In this document: piece by piece, positions 28,069 to 36,854 of the stretch | Position numbering within the stretch: position 1 is the first letter of the stretch | How the letters are laid out: the number at the start of each line of letters is the position of its first letter | Assembly: GCA_017441705.1 (NCBI GenBank) | Contig: JAFRWU010000056.1 | Span: 3,768 to 67,767, forward strand | Length of the DNA: 64,000 nucleotides | Origin: Clostridia bacterium | GTDB taxonomy: Bacteria > Bacillota > Clostridia > Oscillospirales > QAMX01 | Direction: 5' to 3' | The notes under the pieces: generated by a model | Told to the model about the DNA's origin: nothing | Databases searched by the model: none | The model's input: only the letters and a program-made list of their open reading frames with translations | Translations under genes and position numbers: made by a program

Positions 28069-29160
28069 ATGTTGCGAGTGTGCGGAATCACATTTGTTCG
28101 TACCACTAATTACGGTACCTGTTTTCAGGCGTATGCTTTGCAAAAGGCAATTGACGGGATAACTGTCGGGAACGGGGTAAAATGCCAATGTGAGTTCGTC
28201 CCGCTTTGGCGCTGCAAAGATCATTTTTCAAACAAACAAAGTACGTTTTTTTACTCGCACTTTTTCCGCTTTTTCAAAAGGTTTCAGGAAGACGGCATCC
28301 GGTATGCCGATTGTAAGAGTATTCGTGAGCTGCCTTCTCTGAATCAGGAATACGATGCTTTTGTATGCGGAAGCGACGTAATCTGGAATCCTGTTTTCAA
28401 TCGACGACTGGGATTGTATTATTTGGATTTCGCAAACAAGTATAAGTTTTCTTACGCGCCAAGCTTCGGCAAGGCGAATATAGAGGATCCTTTTCTGAAT
28501 GAAGCGGGACGATGGATATCGGAGTTGGCAGAGATTAGCGTAAGGGAACCGTCTGCCGTAGAGATAGTAAAAGAATATGCCGGCCGGGAAGCACAGGTGG
28601 TTACCGATCCGGTTCTGCTTTTAGCACCGGACGAATGGAAACGGATCACTGAAATCAGAAGGGATACTGGCCGTTATATTTTTTCCTATACGACTCACAG
28701 TACGTCTGAATATGAACAGTTTCTCCGAAAACTGTCGAAGCAGACCGGACTGAAGGTGATAAGGGCGGTTTGGGTCAGAGGCACGAAAGCCGCGCTTAAG
28801 CAAAAGAGAATCATGATTCAATCACCTGAAAAATGGCTTAGTCAGCTTTGCGGTGCGGAATATGTTGTAACGAACTCATTCCATGCAACCGTCTTTTCAT
28901 CCATGCTGCATAAGAAGTTCTTTACGGTCGTACATGGAGAAAAAGACGAAGGGTCAAACATCAGGATGTATGACTATTTAAAAGCAACGGGCTTGCAGGA
29001 TCGGATGTATTGCTCGATTCCGGAGACGATCGATCTGTCCGACGTCGATTTCTCAGGCTCGGACGATTCGATTCATGAAATGCGCGAGAAGGGGCTTGCC
29101 TTCCTGCGGGAAAACCTGGAAGCCGCCTGGAAAGAAAAGAACCGCGAAAAAACGCCGTGA
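28069..29160 (+). CDS. Polysaccharide pyruvyl transferase family protein (1)
   Basis: NYG..FQAYAL, CGSDVIWN, YAPSFG, ISVRE, DPVLL, TNSFHATVFS. Confidence 0.88.
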   Translation: MLRVCGITFVRTTNYGTCFQAYALQKAIDGITVGNGVKCQCEFVPLWRCKDHFSNKQSTFFYSHFFRFFKRFQEDGIRYADCKSIRELPSLNQEYDAFVCGSDVIWNPVFNRRLGLYYLDFANKYKFSYAPSFGKANIEDPFLNEAGRWISELAEISVREPSAVEIVKEYAGREAQVVTDPVLLLAPDEWKRITEIRRDTGRYIFSYTTHSTSEYEQFLRKLSKQTGLKVIRAVWVRGTKAALKQKRIMIQSPEKWLSQLCGAEYVVTNSFHATVFSSMLHKKFFTVVHGEKDEGSNIRMYDYLKATGLQDRMYCSIPETIDLSDVDFSGSDDSIHEMREKGLAFLRENLEAAWKEKNREKTP

Positions 29161-29323
29161 TGGACGGCGCGCGAAAGCAACGATCTGCGGATCAATGCGT
29201 ACTTCAGCCGGATCATATGCCTTCCCCGCAGCGGCGGACAGGCGATCACATCCTGTGAACGATTCCTGCATGGAGAAGAAACTCTTTTTCCGTGCAGAAT
29301 ATGTTGAAAGACGAGGTAATAGC

Positions 29324-30454
29324 ATGATTAAAGTATGCGGCGTGACCTTTGCAAACGGCGTGAACTACGGCAGCGAGATGCAGCTCTATGCCTTGAGAAC
29401 GGCGATTGACAGGATCACCGTTGAGGGCGAACCCTGCGAATACCATCTTGTGTTTTCGGTCCAGGATTATGTGCGGTATCACAACGCTCTGAAACGGGAA
29501 TTCGCAAAATTTATCAAGAATGTTTTGAGAAGGCCCTTCGCCCGGTTTGAGAAAAAATGGCTGGTTTACGCGCCTGCGAAAAAACCGCAGGATCTGCCGG
29601 CGCTGAACCGTTATTATGACGCATTCGTTTGCGGCAGCGACGTCATATGGAACCCTGATTTCAACAATAAACTGGAGCACTACTATCTGGGCTTTGCGGA
29701 AAAGTACGCGTTTTCCTATGCGGCAAGCTTCGGAAAGCAGAAACTGTCCGATTCGGAAATCGAGTTTGCCCGAAAGCGTCTGAGCAGACTGTCGGCGATA
29801 AGCGTTCGGGAAAAAAGCGGCGCTTTGCTTGTACAGGAAAAGCTGGGTATTCCGGCCGTTATGATGCCGGATCCGGTGCTTCTCTTGAACCGCGAGGAAT
29901 GGGAAAAGACCGCATCCCCGGCCAAACCCAAGGAAAAGTATGCGCTGATTTATTCAACCGCGCCGCAGCTGCCCGGCTTTAAGATCATGAACGAACTGGC
30001 GGCACAAACCGGATGCAAGGTAAAAACCGTCAAGTGGGTCATGGGCGTGGCACAGAAGATCAAGCAGGGCGTGTTTCGCTTCGAAGCGCCGGAGGAATGG
30101 CTGGAGCTTATCCGGGACGCGGAATATGTTTTTACCAACTCCTTCCACGCGACGGTTTTCTCTGTGATCTTCCACAAAAAAGTGTTCGCCATTGTCGAAG
30201 GCAAGAAAACGGATGGCTACAACGTTCGTATTTATGACTTTATGGAGGACGTGGGGTTGGGGGATCGAATCCTTTCCTCCATGCCGGAAACGTTGGATCT
30301 GTCCGAGCCTGATTTCGCCCGGGCCGATCGCGTAATGGAAGCGTGGCGGGAGCAAGGCACGACCTATCTGAAAAACAATCTGGAAGCTGCTTATCGGGAA
30401 AAACAAGCTCTTGAGCAAAAGCTCCGTAAGCAGCCGGAAAAGGATTGTCAGTAA
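29324..30454 (+). CDS. Polysaccharide pyruvyl transferase family protein (2)
   Basis: NYGSEMQLYAL, CGSDVIWN, YAASFG, ISVRE, DPVLL, TNSFHATVFS; GAGGT RBS. Confidence 0.88.
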   Translation: MIKVCGVTFANGVNYGSEMQLYALRTAIDRITVEGEPCEYHLVFSVQDYVRYHNALKREFAKFIKNVLRRPFARFEKKWLVYAPAKKPQDLPALNRYYDAFVCGSDVIWNPDFNNKLEHYYLGFAEKYAFSYAASFGKQKLSDSEIEFARKRLSRLSAISVREKSGALLVQEKLGIPAVMMPDPVLLLNREEWEKTASPAKPKEKYALIYSTAPQLPGFKIMNELAAQTGCKVKTVKWVMGVAQKIKQGVFRFEAPEEWLELIRDAEYVFTNSFHATVFSVIFHKKVFAIVEGKKTDGYNVRIYDFMEDVGLGDRILSSMPETLDLSEPDFARADRVMEAWREQGTTYLKNNLEAAYREKQALEQKLRKQPEKDCQ

Positions 30455-30552
30455 GCGATCGGCACGCAGCTGACAGGGGCGAAAGAGCCGTTCTGCCTTC
30501 GCGAGAATCTTGAAATTGCGTATCATCAGAAACAGGACCTGGAGAAACAGAA

Positions 30553-31134
30553 TTGCTGATTGAATGGGCTCCGATTACCGAATTTATTGCCCCCCCTCCG
30601 TTTGACGGCGACTTGCTGAATCACCTGAAAAAACGGAAAGGGGCGGGTAAAACCGCTTCGTATTCCGCGTGGTGGTTGTTGTATCGGATTTTGAAGAATA
30701 ACGGCATGTCCATAGGAAGGGTTGCCTTCACCGATACAGGAAAACCGTTTTTTGTCGGCGACGCGGTATTCTTCAGTCTTTCTCACAGCAAAGAGCTTTG
30801 CGCCGTGTCCGTTTCCGACCGCCCGGTCGGCGTAGACATGGAGATCTGCCGTGAGGATTATAATCCGCATCTGGTCGAGCGATCTATGACAAAAGGGGAG
30901 CGCGCGGCTTTCGACGGGGATTTCACGCGGCTCTGGTGCAGAAAAGAGAGCGTTGCCAAGTTGACCGGCGAAGGGATCGCGGGATATCCCAACCGGATCG
31001 ACACGCTTTCGCCTCGATACGCCTATATCGAAAGAAAACTGGAATTCAACGGTCATACCTACTGGCTCGTCACAGCCGGGATAAACTCATATCAGGTTCA
31101 GGGAGAGGAGAATGGATATGAAACGGGCAAATAA
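30553..31134 (+). CDS. Sfp-type 4'-phosphopantetheinyl transferase
   Basis: GKP, FSLSHS, VGVDME, WCRKES..K motifs. Confidence 0.88.
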   Translation: MLIEWAPITEFIAPPPFDGDLLNHLKKRKGAGKTASYSAWWLLYRILKNNGMSIGRVAFTDTGKPFFVGDAVFFSLSHSKELCAVSVSDRPVGVDMEICREDYNPHLVERSMTKGERAAFDGDFTRLWCRKESVAKLTGEGIAGYPNRIDTLSPRYAYIERKLEFNGHTYWLVTAGINSYQVQGEENGYETGK

Positions 31135-33631
31135 GTGGTTGGTTGTTTTCCTGGGCATTCTGTTCATCGCCGCGCTCTTGCCGGCTGTTCCTGCAAATGC
31201 AGAGTACACAAGCGGGGACTGGACGTATGAGACCGCAGGCGGAAAAGCAGAGATCATATACTACGACGGGACGTCGTCGTCTCTCTCGATCCCGTCGACG
31301 CTCGGCGGCTGTACGGTGACGTCGATCGGGGAGTTTGCCTTCTCGGGCAATCAAAACCTTGTGACGGTGACGATCCCGAATTCCGTCGTTACGATCGGAT
31401 ATGGGGCGTTTGAAGACTGCGCGAGCCTGAAAACAGTGACTTTCGGGACCGGTTTGAGGACTATCGAGGAGATTGCTTTCCGGGAATGCACGAGCCTGAC
31501 AAACGCCCAGTTGCCGGAGGGACTTCTGACGGTCAAGGATGAAGTCTTCATGGATACCGCGCTTGCGTCTGTGACCATCCCGAAGAGCCTGAAGACCATA
31601 GAAGGCAATCCCTTTTCCGGATGCGCCAAGCTCAAATCTTTCACGGTGACCAGCGGGAACGGCTATTTCGCCGTCAAATCGGGCTCGCTCTATTCCAAGG
31701 ACGGGACGAAGCTCCTTGCGTATCCGGACGGATTGGTCTCGACGTCGTATACCATCCCGAGCGGAACGACCACCGTCGGTTCGGGCGCCTTTTCCGGGGC
31801 GGACAAGTTGACCTCCATAACGATCCCGAGTACCGTCAAAGTCATTGAAAGCTTTGCGTTTGCCTCCTGCTCCGAGCTTACCGGCATTACGCTTCCCTCC
31901 GGGCTTACGACGCTTGGCGGTTATACGTTCAGCTATTGCTACGGACTGTCTGCGCTTTCGATCCCGAAGGCCACGACGAGTATCGGAAACGGGATTGCGG
32001 CGGCCAGCGGAATCAAAAGCTTTACGGTGGCAAGCGGGAATACTGCCTACAGTGCGGAAAACGGTATCCTGTACAACAAAGCGGGAACGAAGATCGTTTC
32101 GTATCCGGCCGGCAAGACTTCCACGTCTTTCACGGCCGACAGCAAGGTGACCTCGACGGGAGACTACGCCTTTGCCGACTGCTGTTATCTGTCTTCCGTT
32201 GCTCTGCCCGGCCTCAAGACCATGGGAGAATGCACCTTTTCCGGGTGCGAGGGGCTGAAATCTTTTTCCTTCCCGTCGGGCATCACGTCGATCCCGGGCG
32301 GCACATTTGAATTCTGCACATCGCTCAAATCGATCACGATTCCTTCCCAGATCACGTCGATCGGAGAGGGAGCCTTTTACGGATGCGAAAGCCTGATCTC
32401 GGTGAAGATCCCGGCGACCGTCAAGACGATCGGGGAGGACGCCTTCGGAAACGGATGCGACTCGCTGAGGATCATCTGCGCCTATAATTCCGCGGCTTAC
32501 AAATACGCCGTGGAGGAAAACATCAGTTACGTCCTTATCCCGACGATCACGGCGCAGCCGAAGGCGGCGACCGTCGCCCTGAACGGGACCGCAAGTTTTT
32601 CGGTGACGGTGAAGGGGACGGAGCTTTCCTACCAGTGGCAGTACTCGGCGGACGGAGGAAAGACCTGGAAGACGCCGAGCTTTACGAGCACTACGCCGAC
32701 GATTACGATGACGGCGACTTCCGCGCGGAACGGACTGCTTTTCCGCTGCACCGTAAAAAACAGCTACGGGACCGCGACGTCAAGCGCGGCCAAGCTGACG
32801 GTGGCGACGAAACCCGTGATCACGGTACAGCCGAAGGCGACGACCGTGGCTCTGAACGGGACGGCGAAATTCTCGGTGACGGCAATCGGCCCGTCGCTCA
32901 CTTATCAATGGCAGTATTCGTCGGACGGAGGGACGACCTGGAAGAAGCCGAGCTTCACGAGCAACACGCCGACGATTTCGATGACGGCGAGCTCGGCGCG
33001 GAACGGGCTTCTTTTCCGCTGCCTGGTCACGAACAGCTACGGGACCACGGCGTCCGCCTCCGCGAAGCTGACGGCCATGGCAAAGCCGGCGATCACAGCG
33101 CAGCCGTCGTCCGTTACCGCTGCAAACGGGAAGACGGCGACCTTTAAGGTAACGGCGACCGGGACGGGTCTTTCCTACCAGTGGCAGTATTCTGCGGACA
33201 ACGGAAAGACCTGGCACAACACGAGCTTTGCCGGCAACGCTGCGACCGTATCGATGGAGGCGATCTCTGCGCGGAACGGGCTGCTTTTCCACTGCGTCGT
33301 GAAAAACGCCGTGGGGAGCGTGACGTCCGCCGCCGCCAGACTGACGGTATCGGGCGTGAAGCCCGCGATCGTCGGTCAGCCGGTATCCGTCACGGTAGGG
33401 AACGGGAAGACGGCGAAATTCTCAGTGACGGCGGCCGGGACGGGGCTTTCCTATCAGTGGCAGTACTCAGCGGACGGAGGGAAGACGTGGAAGAAGCCGA
33501 GCTTCGCGAGCAATACGGCGACGATCACGATGACGGCGAACTCGGCGCGGAACGGGCTTCTCTTCCGCTGCCTCGTCACGAACAGTTACGGGACCACGGC
33601 GTCCGCCTCCGCGAAGCTTACCGTGAGCTGA
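31118..33631 (+). CDS. Secreted BspA-like leucine-rich-repeat (LRR_5) protein with four C-terminal Ig-like repeats (alternative start 31112)
   Basis: Signal peptide ending PANA; repeated IP.SVT.IG..AF..C.SL units; four ~91-aa YQWQYS...RC repeats. Confidence 0.9.
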   Translation: MKRANKWLVVFLGILFIAALLPAVPANAEYTSGDWTYETAGGKAEIIYYDGTSSSLSIPSTLGGCTVTSIGEFAFSGNQNLVTVTIPNSVVTIGYGAFEDCASLKTVTFGTGLRTIEEIAFRECTSLTNAQLPEGLLTVKDEVFMDTALASVTIPKSLKTIEGNPFSGCAKLKSFTVTSGNGYFAVKSGSLYSKDGTKLLAYPDGLVSTSYTIPSGTTTVGSGAFSGADKLTSITIPSTVKVIESFAFASCSELTGITLPSGLTTLGGYTFSYCYGLSALSIPKATTSIGNGIAAASGIKSFTVASGNTAYSAENGILYNKAGTKIVSYPAGKTSTSFTADSKVTSTGDYAFADCCYLSSVALPGLKTMGECTFSGCEGLKSFSFPSGITSIPGGTFEFCTSLKSITIPSQITSIGEGAFYGCESLISVKIPATVKTIGEDAFGNGCDSLRIICAYNSAAYKYAVEENISYVLIPTITAQPKAATVALNGTASFSVTVKGTELSYQWQYSADGGKTWKTPSFTSTTPTITMTATSARNGLLFRCTVKNSYGTATSSAAKLTVATKPVITVQPKATTVALNGTAKFSVTAIGPSLTYQWQYSSDGGTTWKKPSFTSNTPTISMTASSARNGLLFRCLVTNSYGTTASASAKLTAMAKPAITAQPSSVTAANGKTATFKVTATGTGLSYQWQYSADNGKTWHNTSFAGNAATVSMEAISARNGLLFHCVVKNAVGSVTSAAARLTVSGVKPAIVGQPVSVTVGNGKTAKFSVTAAGTGLSYQWQYSADGGKTWKKPSFASNTATITMTANSARNGLLFRCLVTNSYGTTASASAKLTVS
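32540..33628 (+). repeat. Four tandem ~273-bp intragenic Ig-like repeats
   Basis: Units start at 32540, 32813, 33086 and 33362; each reads P.I..QP...YQWQYS.D.G.TW...ARNGLLF.C.V.N..G...S..A.LT. Confidence 0.9.
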
Positions 33632-33647
33632 AGACAACATGAAAAAC

Positions 33648-33680
33648 AAGCCGGAGAAAGCGTACGCTTTCTCCGGCTTT
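33648..33680. terminator. Bidirectional terminator ending the polysaccharide/LRR operon
   Basis: Perfect palindrome AAGCCGGAGAAAGCGTACGCTTTCTCCGGCTT between convergent genes. Confidence 0.8.
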
Positions 33681-33728
33681 GCTGTGAAAAGGCCGTTATT
33701 TGCGGCAGAATAAGGGTAAACGCGCCGG

Positions 33729-35081
33729 TCAGGCCGCCGGATCCAACCGGAACCAGTCGACCGCGATCTTTCCCGTAAGGCGCAGGGTGACGTCGTGTTC
33801 TCCCGCTTCGTTGTTGAGGGGGAAAGCGACCGGTTCAAAATCCGGAAGAGTCCGTGTAAGCGCCGTGCCGCCGGCGATCCGGCCGTCGATCAGAACGTCG
33901 GCGCAGGCTCCCTCCTCGCCCCGGAGAAAAAGCGTCATGCCGGCGTTCTCCGGCATCCCGTAAACGTGAGGGTAGAAAGCGTCGTGAGTCCCGTCGATCT
34001 GGGCGACGGCGAAGCCCAGATGCTTCCCGTTTTCCCGGAGCTCGATCTTCTTCAGGGCAGGGGAGTCGATCGCAAGATACCATTCGGCCTCGATCCGGTC
34101 CCAGGAAGCGGCATACTGCCCGACGCCGGATGAGCGGATCTTTTCGTCGAACATCAGCGTGCCGTCGTCCGCAACGTGGAGATACATGACGAAGGTCTGC
34201 CGGAAGGACCAGTTTTCGATGCCCTGGCAGGTCACGTAGTACCACTGTCCCCGCCATTCGACGAAGGAGCCGTGGTCGATGAAGGCGCGTCCGTCGGGAT
34301 AATGCGGGATATCCGCGCCGATGTTCCCGCGAAAGATATACGGACCGAGGCGATTTTCGGAAACGGCGTACCGGCCTGCCCAGTAGAGATACCAGACGTC
34401 GCCGTACCGGAAGGCCTCCGCCTGATCGGAGCGCAGAACGCCCAGAAGCTCTTCCTTTGTGTTCTCGTCGGGATACACCGGGACCTTCCGCGCGGAACCG
34501 GGTTCCACCTCGGTCATGTTTTTCCGGAGCTCCATCGCCCAGTAATGATCGGTCCAGTCGCTTCCGAAAAGGATCCATGCCCGCGGATCCTCCCCGTCCG
34601 GCAGGATCACGTCCGGGTCGTAGGAATTGGTGGGGGTGATCCCCTTCGGCAGGATCGGCGTTTTGCCGCGCGCGTCGCGGAAGGGACCGTCCGGCCGGTC
34701 GCTGACGGCGACGCCGGTGGACTCCCCGCCGTGGGAATAATAGAGATAATACTTCCCGTCGAAAGGGCTCTGCACCGCGTCGCATGCCCAGCATTCGACG
34801 GAATCGGGCGGCAGATAGGTGTCTCTGCGGTCCAGCGCCTTCTTTACCTGCCAGTGGACCAGATCCTCGCTCCACAGAACGTACCAGTCCCGGAGGACGA
34901 AACGGTCGATCCCCTCGTCGTGACCGGCGTAGATATACATGGCTTCCCGCCCGGTATCCGGATTCCGGAAGATCTTCGCGTGAGGATCGGGAAAACGGTT
35001 GTCCTGCGCACCGGCGGGGCAAAGGGGATTCCCGCGCCGTTCCGTTTCCGCGTCCGCCTGAAGGCGTTTTTTTCGTTCCAT
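33729..35081 (-). CDS. Glycoside hydrolase family 43 with C-terminal CBM6-like module (start may be 35102)
   Basis: FPDPH, WSEDLVHW, WACD, SDRPDGPF, YDP, HGSFVEWRGQWY; IEAE...VDWFRL tail. Confidence 0.82.
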   Translation of the reverse strand: MERKKRLQADAETERRGNPLCPAGAQDNRFPDPHAKIFRNPDTGREAMYIYAGHDEGIDRFVLRDWYVLWSEDLVHWQVKKALDRRDTYLPPDSVECWACDAVQSPFDGKYYLYYSHGGESTGVAVSDRPDGPFRDARGKTPILPKGITPTNSYDPDVILPDGEDPRAWILFGSDWTDHYWAMELRKNMTEVEPGSARKVPVYPDENTKEELLGVLRSDQAEAFRYGDVWYLYWAGRYAVSENRLGPYIFRGNIGADIPHYPDGRAFIDHGSFVEWRGQWYYVTCQGIENWSFRQTFVMYLHVADDGTLMFDEKIRSSGVGQYAASWDRIEAEWYLAIDSPALKKIELRENGKHLGFAVAQIDGTHDAFYPHVYGMPENAGMTLFLRGEEGACADVLIDGRIAGGTALTRTLPDFEPVAFPLNNEAGEHDVTLRLTGKIAVDWFRLDPAA

Positions 35082-35098
35082 ATCGCCGGTTCCCCGCG

Positions 35099-35998
35099 TC
35101 ATTTCCGCTTCCCCTGGTATCCGCGGTATTCCTCGGGACCGGGATAATACGCAACGCCGCCGCGGCAGCGCTTGAGATAGTCCAGAGCGGTGAGCTGCGC
35201 CGTCCATTCCATGTCGTCAAAGTGCACAGGATCGTGATAGCCTTCGATATCGCAGGAGCCGGTGAAGCCCGCGCGGATCAGGATCGTGAAGAAATCGGCC
35301 CAGTTGGAATCGCCGAAGCCCGGAGTGCGGTCGTAGAAGAGATCCGATCCGCCGTCCAGTCCCTTTTCCCGGATCAGGTCCCAGTTTACCGTGCCGTCCT
35401 TGCCGTGGACGTGGGAGACCTTTCCGGCGTATTTCCGGAGCTGCGCGACGGGATCCATCAAACGCGTCACCGCGTGCGCGGGCTCCCATTCCAGCGTCAG
35501 GGCCGGGGAGGGGACGGCGTCGAAGATCAGGTCCCAGGCGGCGGGACAGTAGGCGATATTGGTGCTTCCCCCGTGCCATCCGCCTCCGCAGCCCTCCAGC
35601 GCGAGCTTTACCCCTTCGCTTTCGGCGACGGCGCAGAGCCCGGTGAAGACCTCCCGGAAAAGCGGGATCGTATCGGGAACGCTTTTGGAGGGATCGCCGC
35701 CGGCAAAGGTGGAAACCACCGGCGCGTGATAGAGCTTCGCCTTCGTGATCAGCTTTTTGAGATTTTCCCGGAAATCCGGATCCAGGAGCGGATTTCCGTA
35801 GTATCCGAGCGAGGAGATCACGCTTCCGTCCGCGGCGTTCAGGACCGCCTTTGCGTGTTCCTCCATGCCCTCGAACATCCGGGGGAGCCTGCCGTTGAAA
35901 TCGAGTTCGTAGCTTTCAAAGCCTTTGGGATTCAATTGCGCCATCATCTCCGGGGCCTTGTCCGCCGGGATCACGGTCCCGATTCTGATATCGAACAT
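35099..35998 (-). CDS. Sugar phosphate isomerase/epimerase (xylose isomerase-like TIM barrel)
   Basis: LALEGC, LEWEPAH, HVHGKD, RTPGFGD, DIEG metal ligands; GGAGG RBS. Confidence 0.85.
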   Translation of the reverse strand: MFDIRIGTVIPADKAPEMMAQLNPKGFESYELDFNGRLPRMFEGMEEHAKAVLNAADGSVISSLGYYGNPLLDPDFRENLKKLITKAKLYHAPVVSTFAGGDPSKSVPDTIPLFREVFTGLCAVAESEGVKLALEGCGGGWHGGSTNIAYCPAAWDLIFDAVPSPALTLEWEPAHAVTRLMDPVAQLRKYAGKVSHVHGKDGTVNWDLIREKGLDGGSDLFYDRTPGFGDSNWADFFTILIRAGFTGSCDIEGYHDPVHFDDMEWTAQLTALDYLKRCRGGVAYYPGPEEYRGYQGKRK

Positions 35999-36026
35999 TT
36001 TTATCGCCTCCGCGTGTTTTTCTTTG

Positions 36027-36055
36027 ATTCTACCATCCCGCCGGAGGCAAGTCAA
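36027..36055 (-). promoter_or_regulatory. sigma-A promoter for epimerase-GH43
   Basis: TTGACT-17 bp-TAGAAT with TG extension. Confidence 0.75.
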
Positions 36056-36076
36056 GCGGAAAAGGCAAAGGGGCGC

Positions 36077-36105
36077 TTGCAAAAGCAACAAACCTGTGTT
36101 ATGCT
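36077..36105 (+). promoter_or_regulatory. sigma-A promoter for the LytTR two-component genes
   Basis: TTGCAA-17 bp-TATGCT with TG extension. Confidence 0.7.
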
Positions 36106-36140
36106 GAAAACGGAAATGATTCCGGAAGGAGGGAACGGGA

Positions 36141-36842
36141 TTGCGCCTGAGGATAGCGGTAGTGGACGACGAGACGGCGGAAAGAGAATTTGTCGCGTCT
36201 CTGGCGAATGACTGGGCGGAAAAACGCCGCGTTTTCGTTGAGACGCGATCCTATCCCGATGCGAAGGCGTTCCGGTTTGATTACGAGGATAAACAGGATT
36301 TCGACATCCTTCTTTTGGACGTGGAAATGCCGGGTGAAACCGGGATCGAGCTTGCAAAATGGATAAGGTCTCGCAATAAGACCATGCAAATCGTGTTCAT
36401 CACCGGATACTACGAGTATTTCAGCGCCGGATTCGACGTATCGGCGCTCCATTATCTGATTAAACCGGCAAACGAGGACAGATTGTTCCCGGTATTGGAT
36501 CGCGCGTCGGAAAATCTCAGGACCCGGGACCGGGCGGTGACGGTAAGCGATGGAGAGGGCGTCAGGAAGCTTGCGCTAACCGATCTTCTCTACGCCGAAG
36601 CGGATAACGTCAGGATTCGGATCGTCGGTACCGACGGAGTCTATTCGGTGCGTGCGCCTCTCGGGAAATGGAAGGAGAATCTGGATGATTCTTTTCTGCG
36701 CGTGCACCGTTCCTATATCGTCAATCTGAGACACGTCAAGAGGATCGACCGGCGGGAGATCCTGATGGATAACGGTGACAGAGTACCCATAAAACGCGGA
36801 AGCTACGACGACGTTTATCACGCCTTGATCCGTACGCTTTGA
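36141..36842 (+). CDS. LytTR-family response regulator (AgrA-like)
   Basis: IAVVDDE, LLDVEMP phospho-Asp, YLIKP, FLRVHRSYIVNL LytTR motif. Confidence 0.95.
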   Translation: MRLRIAVVDDETAEREFVASLANDWAEKRRVFVETRSYPDAKAFRFDYEDKQDFDILLLDVEMPGETGIELAKWIRSRNKTMQIVFITGYYEYFSAGFDVSALHYLIKPANEDRLFPVLDRASENLRTRDRAVTVSDGEGVRKLALTDLLYAEADNVRIRIVGTDGVYSVRAPLGKWKENLDDSFLRVHRSYIVNLRHVKRIDRREILMDNGDRVPIKRGSYDDVYHALIRTL

Positions 36843-36854
36843 GGGAGGAGAGGA

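Noticed and set aside
32540-33628. Regular repeats that could suggest a CRISPR array or mobile element
   Set aside because: In-frame ~273-bp protein domain repeats with no unique spacers
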